48,203 nucleotides of DNA from Glaciihabitans sp. (lineage in GTDB: Bacteria > Actinomycetota > Actinomycetes > Actinomycetales > Microbacteriaceae), in NCBI GenBank assembly GCA_017882805.1, contig JADGOT010000254.1, positions 1 to 48,203 on the forward strand, written 5' to 3'. Shown here piece after piece: positions 35,972-44,794 of this stretch; position 1 is the stretch's first letter, and each line of letters begins with the position of its first letter. A program made the translations under genes and the position numbers. The notes under the pieces were generated by a model. The model was not told the DNA's origin. It did no database searches and worked only from the letters and a program-made list of their open reading frames with translations.

Positions 35972-36909
35972 GACTGCGCTTTCAAAGTGTGTGCCCCCGG
36001 GACTGTCCCCCCAGATGAAGGGCCTGTGAGATCGGTGGGGAAGTTGACAAGCACGCGTCCCACACCCGCACTCGCCGAGATCAACCCCGTCAGGTTTCCA
36101 TTCTGGCCGATTGCGGCGATCGGACCGGGGGAATTCGCGAGGCGCGTGTCGAGATTGGTCAGCAGCGGTCGCTTTCCCTGCATCAGTTCGCGCTCCTCTG
36201 TCGCCGTCAGCTGCACCGACTCGAAGAGCTTGGTGGCGACCCCGGCGGGCGAGCGAAGCGAATCCAGCAGAGTGTCGCCCAGAGTTCCGGCGTCGCTCAC
36301 GTCGAACGGGCCGATGCGTGACCGGCGGAGCGCGGTCAGGTGGCCACCCACCCCGAGGGACGCGCCAAGGTCGCGGGCGAGCGCGCGGATGTAGGTGCCG
36401 GATGAGCATTCGACGCGAACATCCAGTTCGCCCGGTCGCTGCGCGATCACTTCGAAGGCGGAGACCGTGACCGCTCTCGCCGGGAGCGTGAATTCCTCTC
36501 CCTCGCGCACCCTGTCGTACGACCGTTTTCCGTCGACCTTGATCGCACTCACCGAACTGGGGATCTGGCTGATCTGCCCTATCAGGGGACGAATGGCGGC
36601 TGCGATCGCATCCGACGTAACGCCAGCGACGTCAGCGACTTCGCCCAGGGGATCGCCCTCAGCATCGTCGGTCGTTGTCGCGAAACCGAGGCGGATGGTC
36701 GCGAAATATTCTTTATCGAGCCCGACCAGGTAGGTGAGGAGCCGGGTCGAGGCATCGATTCCCAGAATCAGCAGGCCGGTCGCCATCGGGTCGAGGGTGC
36801 CCGCGTGCCCGACCTTCCTGGTACCCGCGAGCTTGCGGACGCGCGAGACGACGTCGTGGCTGGTGATTCCGCCCGGCTTGTCGACGAGCAGGATGCCCGA
36901 AGTGCTCAC
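35968..36909 (-). CDS. truB: tRNA pseudouridine(55) synthase
   Basis: LVDKPGGITSHDVV, KVGHAGTLDPMATG, SAIKVDG, CSSGTYIRALARDLG and LRR motifs. Confidence 0.96.
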   Translation of the reverse strand: MSTSGILLVDKPGGITSHDVVSRVRKLAGTRKVGHAGTLDPMATGLLILGIDASTRLLTYLVGLDKEYFATIRLGFATTTDDAEGDPLGEVADVAGVTSDAIAAAIRPLIGQISQIPSSVSAIKVDGKRSYDRVREGEEFTLPARAVTVSAFEVIAQRPGELDVRVECSSGTYIRALARDLGASLGVGGHLTALRRSRIGPFDVSDAGTLGDTLLDSLRSPAGVATKLFESVQLTATEERELMQGKRPLLTNLDTRLANSPGPIAAIGQNGNLTGLISASAGVGRVLVNFPTDLTGPSSGGTVPGAHTLKAQS

Positions 36910-37514
36910 GCGCCCTCGGAGTTTGTTGGTCCCCGAAGCAGACCGAGCTTTGTCGGCATTGCCGTCTCCAGGAGCTCTCGAGCGTCAGGATTGGTGTCGT
37001 AGTCATCGGTCATCCGCAAGCCGACGAGGGTATTCAGCATCATTCCGTGCGCCAGAAAGTCGGATGCCTCGGCGGGCGTCATTCCGACATCGACCTTCAG
37101 GAAGTTGTAGACCTCGAGGAATCCTTCGCGGGCAGTCTTGCCTATCTCGGGGTCGGAGCCGAGTACGAAGCCGTGCATGAGCGACAGCAACAGGCCGCGG
37201 TCGGTGAGCAGGTCGGCATAGGCGAGCCCCAGCCGATCGTGCACGGGGATGGCGGATTTCTCGGCAAGCGAGCGACGGAACGCCGCCATCAGGACGTCGA
37301 GGGCTCGGTGCAGCACGGCGAGGAACAGCTTCTCCTTGGTGCCGAACATGCGGACGACATAAGGCTGGCTCACCCCAGCGGCGGTTGCGACCTGGTCGGT
37401 GGTGGTTCCGGCGTATCCGCGCTGGCCGAAGACCCCAGTGGCCGCCTCGAGAACGAGGGCTCGACGCTCGTCGGACGCCATCCGCGTGGTCGGGACCGCT
37501 GCTGTTGTGCTCAT
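36906..37514 (-). CDS. TetR/AcrR-family regulator
   Basis: HTH GYAGTTTDQVATAAGVSQPYVVRMFGTKE. The start is likely ATG 37514 (TACCAT-7nt-ATG). Confidence 0.9.
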   Translation of the reverse strand: MSTTAAVPTTRMASDERRALVLEAATGVFGQRGYAGTTTDQVATAAGVSQPYVVRMFGTKEKLFLAVLHRALDVLMAAFRRSLAEKSAIPVHDRLGLAYADLLTDRGLLLSLMHGFVLGSDPEIGKTAREGFLEVYNFLKVDVGMTPAEASDFLAHGMMLNTLVGLRMTDDYDTNPDARELLETAMPTKLGLLRGPTNSEGA

Positions 37515-37516
37515 AC

Positions 37517-37570
37517 TTGACATGGTATCAGTTGATAACTAATGTCGTAGATAAGTAATCATTCGATTAC
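37517..37570. promoter_or_regulatory. Divergent tetR/MFS promoter region with two operator palindromes
   Basis: TTGACA(37517)-N17-TAATGT(37540) drives the MFS gene. The palindromes are GGTATC-AGTT-GATAAC (37524-37539) and GTAATC-ATTC-GATTAC (37555-37570). Confidence 0.8.
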
Positions 37571-37603
37571 AACACTGTTACTTGTTGCGATCAGGAGCAC
37601 CCC

Positions 37604-39037
37604 ATGACTGTTACAGAAACATCGCCCGTCTCGATTGTCGAGGCCGACGCCCCCCGCCGTCGCATTCCCGTCTGGCTCGCCATCGTCGCCGCCAGCATCC
37701 CGATGTTCATGGCGAGCCTCGACAACCTCGTGATGACCAACGCGCTTCCGGTCATCCACCGCGACCTCGGCGCGAGCGTCGAACAACTGCAGTGGTTCGT
37801 CAACGCGTACACCCTGAGCTTCGCCACCTTCATCCTGTTGGCCGTCGCGCTCGCCGACCGTTTCGGCCGCCGGACGGTCTTCGTAATCGGCATCGCCACC
37901 TTCACGCTCGCATCCGTCGCCGCGGGATTCAGCACGACTCCGGCCGAGCTCATCGCCGCTCGCGCTGTCCAGGGTGTCGGCGGCGCAGCGCTGCTGCCAC
38001 TGTCGCTCACCCTCCTCGCTGGATCAGTTCCCGCGCGCCTGCGGCCCCTCGCCATTGGCATCTGGGGTGGCGTCGCGGGCCTCGGCGTCGCGCTCGGCCC
38101 ACTCATCGGCGGCGCGGTCGTCGAGGGCTGGGACTGGCAGGCGATCTTCTGGATCAACGTGCCGGTCGGCATCATCGCCGTGCCACTCGTTCTCTTCGCT
38201 CTCCCGAACAGCTTCGGTGACAAGGTGCGAGCTGACGTTCTCGGCGTCGTCCTCGTCGGGCTCGGCGTGCTCGGAATCGTGTTCGGAATCGTTCGCGGCA
38301 ACGACGCGGGCTGGCACAGCGCTCAGGTGCTCACGGGCCTTATCGGGGGTGGAATCGCGGTGATCGCGTTCCTCTGGTGGGAGACGCGCAGCAAAGCCCC
38401 GCTCATCCCGCTCGGACTGTTCCGCGACCGCAGCTTCTCCGTCGCCAACATCGTCGGCTTCGGGTTCAGTTTCGGGATGTTCGGCTCGATCTTCATCCTG
38501 ATCCAGTTCCTACAGGTTGTGCAGGGCGCGAGCCCGCTACAGGCGGCCTACGAGACCACGCCGTGGACCATGGCGCCAATGATCGTCGCGCCTCTGGCCG
38601 GGATCTTTGCAGGGCGAATCGGAACACGCACGCTCATCTTCGCTGGACTCGTCTGCCAGTCAGTTGCCCTGTTTTGGCTCGCCGCGACGATGAGCGCGAC
38701 GACGCCGTACACGACAATGCTGTATCCGTTCATCCTCGCCGGCATCGGTATGGGCCTAGTGTTCTCGCCGTCCTCGACGGCGGTCCTCGCCACCATGCGC
38801 GAGCAGGATCGGGCCAAGGCCAGCGGAGTGAACTCGACGGTGCGCGAGATCGGGGTTGCCCTCGGTATCGCCGTACTCGTCGCCGTGTTCACCGGAGCGA
38901 ACGGCCAGCTCACCCCGACCGGGTACGTGAGCGCGGCAGTTCCCGCGGTGCTCGTCGGCGCGGCCGCGGTGGGCGTCACGGCGCTGGCATCTCTCGCCCT
39001 GCCATCGGGCAAGCTTCCTCGGAAGGTCCGCGCCTAG
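37604..39037 (+). CDS. DHA2 (EmrB/QacA, 14-TM) MFS efflux pump
   Basis: FMASLDNLV, LQWFVNAYTL, ADRFGRR, ARAVQGVGGA, GPLIGG and WQAIFWINVPVG motifs. SD AGGAG. Confidence 0.93.
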   Translation: MTVTETSPVSIVEADAPRRRIPVWLAIVAASIPMFMASLDNLVMTNALPVIHRDLGASVEQLQWFVNAYTLSFATFILLAVALADRFGRRTVFVIGIATFTLASVAAGFSTTPAELIAARAVQGVGGAALLPLSLTLLAGSVPARLRPLAIGIWGGVAGLGVALGPLIGGAVVEGWDWQAIFWINVPVGIIAVPLVLFALPNSFGDKVRADVLGVVLVGLGVLGIVFGIVRGNDAGWHSAQVLTGLIGGGIAVIAFLWWETRSKAPLIPLGLFRDRSFSVANIVGFGFSFGMFGSIFILIQFLQVVQGASPLQAAYETTPWTMAPMIVAPLAGIFAGRIGTRTLIFAGLVCQSVALFWLAATMSATTPYTTMLYPFILAGIGMGLVFSPSSTAVLATMREQDRAKASGVNSTVREIGVALGIAVLVAVFTGANGQLTPTGYVSAAVPAVLVGAAAVGVTALASLALPSGKLPRKVRA

Positions 39038-39074
39038 ACACTCTCGTCTAGGGCTGCCCCCTAGTATCAAGAGC

Positions 39075-40058
39075 ATGCGGATTGGCGTCATCGGAGCAGG
39101 AGCTATCGGTGGCGCCATCGCCGCATTGCTGGCGAAAGACGGGCACGAGGTCGAGGTCACTGCCCGCGGCCAAAACCTGAAGGTGATTCGGGGCGGGGGT
39201 ATCCGGCTCACCGGCGGCTGGGGCGAATTCACGGCCGGCGTCGAAGCTGGGGAGAAACTGAGCCACGCTCCGAGCCTCGCGATCGTCGCCACGAAGGCAC
39301 AGGATGCCCGCGCCGCGATCCTCGCCAATGCAAAGGTGCTGGACGGAATACCCGTCGTGATAGTGCAAAACGGACTCGAGGGGATTGCGGGAACGAAGAC
39401 CCTGCTCCCCCGGTCCGACATCGTCGGCGCGCTGGCAATGTATGCCTCGTCGCTGGTCAGCCCCGGGCACATCAAGATCACCACCACGGGCACGACCTAC
39501 ATCGGTGGCGGAGGCGATCTGCCCGCACGCTACGCCGTCAGCATCCTGAACGACGCAATGCCGACCGAACTGACCGCAAACTTCGAGGGTGCGCAGTGGA
39601 CCAAGCTGGTCGTCAATCAGGTCAACGCACTCCCCGCAATTACCGGGCTGAGCGTGCAGGAGGTCATCGCCGATCCCGTGCTTCGACGCATCCTGACCCG
39701 AAGCATGCGAGAAAACGTGCGGGTCGGACTCCACTCGGGGATCCGATTCGCGCCGCTGCAGGGTCTCAGCGGCACGCGGCTGCGGCTGTTTCTCCGTGCG
39801 CCGCTCCCACTGGCCGAGTCGCTGCCGAAACTCATGGCGCGGCGAATGGGCGCGACCCCAAATCCGGGATCAACACTGCAGAGCATCCGTCGCGGAGCGC
39901 TTACCGAGGTCGACTACCTCAACGGCGCGGTCGTCGCGGCTGCCGAGAAGATTGGCGAGACGGCTCCGGTCAACGCGGGCATCGTGGAACTGGTGCACGA
40001 GGTCGAGAAGACCGGCGACTTCCTCACCGCCGCTCAGGTCGCCGCGCGGATTAGCTAA
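39075..40058 (+). CDS. panE: Ketopantoate reductase family protein
   Basis: GAGAIG, ATKA, VQNGL, QWTKLVVN, STLQS and TEVDYLNG motifs. Leaderless TAGTAT-7nt-ATG. Confidence 0.85.
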   Translation: MRIGVIGAGAIGGAIAALLAKDGHEVEVTARGQNLKVIRGGGIRLTGGWGEFTAGVEAGEKLSHAPSLAIVATKAQDARAAILANAKVLDGIPVVIVQNGLEGIAGTKTLLPRSDIVGALAMYASSLVSPGHIKITTTGTTYIGGGGDLPARYAVSILNDAMPTELTANFEGAQWTKLVVNQVNALPAITGLSVQEVIADPVLRRILTRSMRENVRVGLHSGIRFAPLQGLSGTRLRLFLRAPLPLAESLPKLMARRMGATPNPGSTLQSIRRGALTEVDYLNGAVVAAAEKIGETAPVNAGIVELVHEVEKTGDFLTAAQVAARIS

Positions 40059-40059
40059 C

Positions 40060-40719
40060 TCAACAGCTGTCCGCGAACAGCCGCTTCGGGTGGTCGTAGT
40101 CGTTGTTGTCGAGGATGGCAGTTGCCGCCTCGCGCGGTTTGGCCTCGGCGAGATAGAGCTCCTGGCCACCCGTGTAGCGCTCAGGGTTGGCGGGCTCCCC
40201 GTCGCGCTCGAGCATCCGTGCCGCTGCTACTTCCGGATCTACCTCGAGCCAGATCGAATAGTTCCAAATGCCGCGCAGTTCGGGGCGATTCAAGAAAATA
40301 CCGTCAACAATGAGCAGCGCATCTCGAGGCCCGGAAGACCAAACCGGCTGGAACGGCAGATCCCGCTTAAGGTCAAACGCTTTGAGATTGAACGAGCCAA
40401 TCCAGCCCGTACGAAACGGCTCCGTGAGCACGCGCTTGAATGTCGGGTAGTCGTAGGAGTCCCGATAAAAGCCCTCGGGCGATTCCTTGCCTCTGGCATA
40501 TCGTCGGGCTCGCGACTGGTGAAAATCGTCGATGGATGCTCGGAATACCGCCCGATGCCCCACCCCGAGCCTCGCGGCCAGAGCATCGGCAAACCGGGTC
40601 TTGCCCGCGCCATCCAGTCCGTCGACGGCGATGATTGCCCGCCCTTTGCCGTAGTTGTGCAGAATCTCGGCGGCGAGACCGTCGATCACCTCGGACTTGG
40701 ACAGAACCTGAAGGGCCAT
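40060..40719 (-). CDS. Uridine kinase-like P-loop protein
   Basis: IAVDGLDGAGKT, SIDDFH, LIVDGIFL and RY..Q.LY motifs. Confidence 0.82.
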   Translation of the reverse strand: MALQVLSKSEVIDGLAAEILHNYGKGRAIIAVDGLDGAGKTRFADALAARLGVGHRAVFRASIDDFHQSRARRYARGKESPEGFYRDSYDYPTFKRVLTEPFRTGWIGSFNLKAFDLKRDLPFQPVWSSGPRDALLIVDGIFLNRPELRGIWNYSIWLEVDPEVAAARMLERDGEPANPERYTGGQELYLAEAKPREAATAILDNNDYDHPKRLFADSC

Positions 40720-40741
40720 GCATCCAGTTTAGGTTTGCACT
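40720..40741. promoter_or_regulatory. Bidirectional leaderless promoter with overlapping -10 hexamers
   Basis: Minus TAAACT (40731-40726)-6nt-ATG and plus TAGGTT (40730-40735)-6nt-GTG share the central TA. Confidence 0.78.
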
Positions 40742-41629
40742 GTGCCGAATAGATCAAAAACCGGGGCAATCGCACCGGCCGTGAACGCCTGGTATGAACG
40801 GACCAAGCGCGACCTGCCGTGGCGCGCCGACGGGTATCCGGCGTGGGGCATCCTCGTGAGCGAGATCATGCTGCAGCAGACGCCGGTTGCGCGTGTGATT
40901 CCCCGGCTCGACGACTGGCTCACCCGCTGGCCAACTCCTGCTGCTCTTGCCGCCGCATCGCCGGGCGACGCCGTGCGCGCCTGGGAGCGACTTGGCTACC
41001 CCCGCCGGGCGCTCAACCTCCACGCCGCGGCCGTAGCGATCACCGAGAAGCACAGCGGGGTTGTGCCCTCCGACGTCAACGACCTGCTCGCCCTGCCCGG
41101 GATCGGGGCGTACACAGCCCGGGCGGTCGCCGCGTTTGCGTACGGCGAGCGGTATCCGGTGGTCGACACCAACGTGCGGCGAGTGCTCGCCCGGGCGCTC
41201 GATGGCGAAGGGGCGGCGGGACCACCATCCACTCGGCGCGATCTCGAGGCCATGGATGCCCAGCTTCCACTCGATCCGGCCGAGGCTCGAGTGTTCAACG
41301 CCGCCGTCATGGAACTCGGCGCCGTCGTGTGCACGGCTCGAGCGCCGCGCTGTGATGGGTGCCCGATCGCCGACCGGTGTGCGTGGCGCGCGGCCGGGTA
41401 TCCGGAGTACGAGGGTGCCAGAAGGCCGACTCAAAAGAAATACGAGGGATCGGACCGACAGGTTCGGGGCATCCTGTTGGGTGCGTTGCGGGCACGCCAG
41501 GGGTCGCTCGATGCAACGGAACTCGACGAGCTCTGGCCCGACGCACTCCAGCGCGGAAGGGCGCTCGACGGGCTGCTGTCGGACGGTCTCGTCGTCGGAA
41601 CGCCCGCGACCGGATACGCGTTGCCGTAG
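40742..41629 (+). CDS. mutY: A/G-specific adenine glycosylase
   Basis: RDLPWR, SEIMLQQT, LGYPRRA, LPGIGAYTA, VDTNVRR and the Fe-S motif C-x6-C-x2-C-x5-C. Confidence 0.93.
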   Translation: MPNRSKTGAIAPAVNAWYERTKRDLPWRADGYPAWGILVSEIMLQQTPVARVIPRLDDWLTRWPTPAALAAASPGDAVRAWERLGYPRRALNLHAAAVAITEKHSGVVPSDVNDLLALPGIGAYTARAVAAFAYGERYPVVDTNVRRVLARALDGEGAAGPPSTRRDLEAMDAQLPLDPAEARVFNAAVMELGAVVCTARAPRCDGCPIADRCAWRAAGYPEYEGARRPTQKKYEGSDRQVRGILLGALRARQGSLDATELDELWPDALQRGRALDGLLSDGLVVGTPATGYALP

Positions 41630-41647
41630 GAGGTAGAGTCTCGATCC

Positions 41648-42013
41648 ATGGACATCGCACGCGTGGTTCTGTCGAGCATTCTTGGGCTCATGGTGATCGT
41701 CACGGGAGGTGGAAAGGTACTCAATCTGCCATTTTCGCTGGTGAACCGCGACAGGCTGAACGTGCATCCGGTGTTCTGGCGGGTCACCGGCGTTCTCGAG
41801 CTCACGGCCGCGGCTGGTCTGATCTGGGGAATCTGGTTCGTGCCCTTCGGCCTCGCCGCGGCGATCGGGCTCGCGCTTCTGATGGTCGGGGCGCTCGGAT
41901 TCCGGCTTCGAACCGGAGACAAGGCCATCCTCAAAGAAGGTCTCGCCGATATCGCCGTGTTTGTGCTCACCGCGGTAGTCATTCTGCTGAGCGCCCTCAC
42001 GCTGGCTCGCTGA
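41648..42013 (+). CDS. DoxX-family membrane protein
   Basis: GGGK, GVLELxAAxGL, AAxGLALLMVGA and LRTGD motifs with four TM helices. Confidence 0.82.
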   Translation: MDIARVVLSSILGLMVIVTGGGKVLNLPFSLVNRDRLNVHPVFWRVTGVLELTAAAGLIWGIWFVPFGLAAAIGLALLMVGALGFRLRTGDKAILKEGLADIAVFVLTAVVILLSALTLAR

Positions 42014-42058
42014 CCCAGTACGGCAACTCCTGAGGGTTCGGCACGTAGGCTAATCGTC

Positions 42059-43480
42059 GTGCCATCAAACCTGATTCGTCTCATGGTGGCGCCAGCCACA
42101 GGTCCGCTTGCGGACGCGCTCGCCGCCATCCCGACCGCCCTCGATATCTCCCGGGACTACCCGGCAGATGCTCAGGCCGAAGCCGACTCCGCGGCCGCCC
42201 ATCCGGTGCTCCCCGACCTCGACACGACCGATGTTCCGTACGTGACGATCGACCCCGCGGGATCGATGGATCTCGACCAGGCGCTCTATCTGGAGCGAGT
42301 CGGTGATGGCTATCGGGTGCGGTACGCGATCGCAGACGTGCCGTCATTTGTGGTGCCTGGCGGAGCGCTGGATGCCGAAACGCGCAAGCGTGGCCAGACA
42401 ATTTACCCGCCGGATGGCCCAATCCCCCTGCATCCGCTGGTTCTGAGCAATGGCGCAACGTCACTGTTGCCGGGCGTGGTGCGGAGCGCGTTTGTCTGGG
42501 ACTTCACGCTGGATGCCGCAGCCAACGTCACCTCGACGTCGCTGAAGCGCGCGCGAATCAAGAGCACGGCGAAACTCGACTACGTGGGGGTTCAGAAGTC
42601 AATCGACGACGGAACGGCTGACACCAACCTCGCGCTCCTCAAAGAGATTGGGCGCAAGCGCATCGCCCTTGAGATCGCCCGCGGTGCGGCCAACCTGACG
42701 CTGCCAGACACCGAGGTACACGAGGCCGACGGCGCATACCAACTCGTGCGCAGGCAGCCGCAGCCATCCGAGGACTGGAACGCGCAGCTCTCCCTGATGA
42801 CCGGAATGGCCGCAGCCGAACTCATGATCGGGGCAAAGGTGGGCATCCTGCGCACCATGCCCGAGCCCGAGCAGTGGGCAGTCGACCGGTTCCGCAAACA
42901 AACAAACGCCCTGGGTCGCCCGTGGCCACAGAATCAGAAGTACGGCGAGTACCTGCGCTCGCTCGACACGTCAGACCCGAAGCAGCTTGCGATCATGCAC
43001 GCCGCCGGTGCCCTGTTCCGCGGCGCCGACTACACGGCGTTTGACGGAAGCGTGCCGGTCGGACTGGTGCAGGCAGCGGTGGGAACGTCCTACTCGCATG
43101 CCACCGCTCCCCTGCGCCGCCTCGTCGACCGCTTCGTGCTCGTCACGTGTGAAGCCATCGCTGCGGGTACCGAGATCCCCTCGTGGGCTCGCGAGGCGCT
43201 TCCGGCCCTCCCTGGCCTGATGGCGCACTCCTCCGGGGTCACCAGCCAGTTCGAGCATCGCGCGATCGACACGGTCGAGGCTGCGGTGCTCTCAACGCGG
43301 GTCGGCGATGTATTCGATGCGACCGTGATCTCGCTCTCCAAGACGGGCGGGCAGATTCAGCTGACCGAGCCCGCCGTATCCGCACACTGCAATGGCGCGC
43401 TTGTCGACGGCAGCGTCATCCGGGCCAAGCTCACCCGCGCAGACATCCCGAGCGGCCAGGTCGTCTTCGACCTCGCCTGA
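42059..43480 (+). CDS. RNB-domain (RNase II/R family) exoribonuclease
   Basis: TIDPAGSMDLDQA, YAIADV, RGQTIY and YSHATAPLRRLVD motifs. Leaderless TAGGCT-7nt-GTG. Confidence 0.88.
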   Translation: MPSNLIRLMVAPATGPLADALAAIPTALDISRDYPADAQAEADSAAAHPVLPDLDTTDVPYVTIDPAGSMDLDQALYLERVGDGYRVRYAIADVPSFVVPGGALDAETRKRGQTIYPPDGPIPLHPLVLSNGATSLLPGVVRSAFVWDFTLDAAANVTSTSLKRARIKSTAKLDYVGVQKSIDDGTADTNLALLKEIGRKRIALEIARGAANLTLPDTEVHEADGAYQLVRRQPQPSEDWNAQLSLMTGMAAAELMIGAKVGILRTMPEPEQWAVDRFRKQTNALGRPWPQNQKYGEYLRSLDTSDPKQLAIMHAAGALFRGADYTAFDGSVPVGLVQAAVGTSYSHATAPLRRLVDRFVLVTCEAIAAGTEIPSWAREALPALPGLMAHSSGVTSQFEHRAIDTVEAAVLSTRVGDVFDATVISLSKTGGQIQLTEPAVSAHCNGALVDGSVIRAKLTRADIPSGQVVFDLA

Positions 43481-43509
43481 TAGTCCTCTTACCTAATTCA
43501 GGAGTCCTG

Positions 43510-43606
43510 ATACCTAATTCAGGAACTTCTGTGGCGGGAGTGGACTGGTGCCAACCAAAGTGACGAATTTCGGAGGTCTAGCCACAGACCTTCCTGAATT
43601 AGGTAT
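43510..43606. repeat. 97-bp element with 26-bp terminal inverted repeats (MITE/REP-like)
   Basis: ATACCTAATTCAGGAActTCTGTGGC matches the reverse complement of 43581-43606 at 24/26. A 21-bp tandem duplication lies at 43482-43523. Confidence 0.82.
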
Positions 43607-43654
43607 GGGTCGGGTCAGGTTACACACCCGAGGGAAGGTTCAGTTTCTCGCGGC

Positions 43655-43945
43655 TCACAGCGCCGGAAACTCGAGCGGGTTCCACTCGCGCAGCTCGAAG
43701 CGATGCACGAGTCCTTCGAGGTTGAACGGATCACTCGCAAAGAACTGCTCTGCCGCATCCTTCGAGCGGAAGATCGCCATGGAGCCCTGCGTCGCAGGGT
43801 CGCCGAAAGTACCGATCATCCACACCTGCCCACCCTTGGCAAACTCGTCCAGGTAGGCGCGGTGGCGTGGATAGACCTCGCGCAGGCGTTCCATGTGGCT
43901 CGGATCGGCCTGGGGATCCGGGTGGTAGAAGCTCACAAAATACAT
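43655..43945 (-). CDS. YciI-family protein
   Basis: HRAYL, G..GSMAIF and DPFNLEGL motifs. I moved the start to ATG 43945 (TAGCAT-7nt-ATG). Confidence 0.85.
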   Translation of the reverse strand: MYFVSFYHPDPQADPSHMERLREVYPRHRAYLDEFAKGGQVWMIGTFGDPATQGSMAIFRSKDAAEQFFASDPFNLEGLVHRFELREWNPLEFPAL

Positions 43946-43972
43946 GCTTGCGATGCTATCGGCCACGCGTGA

Positions 43973-44028
43973 TTGCGTAGGGGAAGAATTGGCAGTACGG
44001 TGAACACACGTTCATGAACACTCGTTCA
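43973..44028 (+). promoter_or_regulatory. SigA-type promoter with two abutting TGAAC-N4-GTTCA operators
   Basis: TTGCGT(43973)-N17-TACGGT(43996), then TGAACacacGTTCA (44001-44014) and TGAACactcGTTCA (44015-44028). Confidence 0.78.
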
Positions 44029-44080
44029 TATCGTTTGCTGGAAATAATCCAGAGCCAAATTCTGATAGCGGAGGCACCAC

Positions 44081-44794
44081 ATGGCCACAGTGGAAGTACG
44101 ACAACTCAGCAAGACGTTTCGATCGGTGCGGGCGGTCGACGACCTCTCGTTCTCGGCCCCGCCAGGGAAAGTGACCGGGTTTCTCGGTCCCAACGGATCC
44201 GGAAAAACCACCACCCTGCGAATGGTGCTCGGTCTGGTGCGCCCGACCGGTGGCGACTCTCTCATCGACGGCAAGCGGTACGTCGATCTCCCCTCTCCTC
44301 GTCGCGTAGTTGGCGCAATGCTCGACGCCAGCGGGTTCAATCTCGGCCGCACAGGGCGAGATCACTTGCGTGTTCTTGCGACGAGCGCGGGCATCGACAG
44401 AGGGCGCATAGACGAGATCCTCGATGAGGTTGACCTCACGACGGCGGCCGACCGACGGGTACGGGGCTACTCGCTGGGCATGAAACAGCGCCTGGGTCTT
44501 GCCGCTGCACTGCTAGGCGACCCAGAGATTCTGATTCTTGACGAGCCCGCGAACGGACTCGACCCCGCGGGAATGGCGTGGCTGCGTGCGCTGCTGCGTG
44601 ATCAGGCGGCGTCCGGTCGCACCGTAATCGTGTCGAGCCACGTGTTGAGCGAGGTCGGGCAAACCGCGGACCACGTGGTCATCGTCAGCGGCGGAAGACT
44701 TCGATTCGACGGATCGCTCGCCGAGCTCGACTCGGAAGACGGTTCGCTCGAGGCCGGATTCCTTCGCCTGACGGCTGCCGAGGTGGCGGCATGA
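44081..44794 (+). CDS. ABC transporter ATP-binding protein (BcrA/ABC-2 type)
   Basis: GPNGSGKTT, YSLGMKQR, LILDEPANGLDP and SSH motifs. SD GGAGG. Confidence 0.94.
   Translation: MATVEVRQLSKTFRSVRAVDDLSFSAPPGKVTGFLGPNGSGKTTTLRMVLGLVRPTGGDSLIDGKRYVDLPSPRRVVGAMLDASGFNLGRTGRDHLRVLATSAGIDRGRIDEILDEVDLTTAADRRVRGYSLGMKQRLGLAAALLGDPEILILDEPANGLDPAGMAWLRALLRDQAASGRTVIVSSHVLSEVGQTADHVVIVSGGRLRFDGSLAELDSEDGSLEAGFLRLTAAEVAA

Noticed and set aside
11939-36409. N-terminal extensions in the ORF track for pit (13432), deoC (31499), ROK (31887), ribF (35411) and the 35603 gene (36409)
   Set aside because: The extensions are non-homologous, often overlap other genes, and better starts with SD, -10 or coupling signals exist downstream.
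44001-44028. Bona fide LexA SOS boxes
   Set aside because: They lack the flanking C/G of CGAAC-N4-GTTCG, and a cognate TetR gene lies in the operon.
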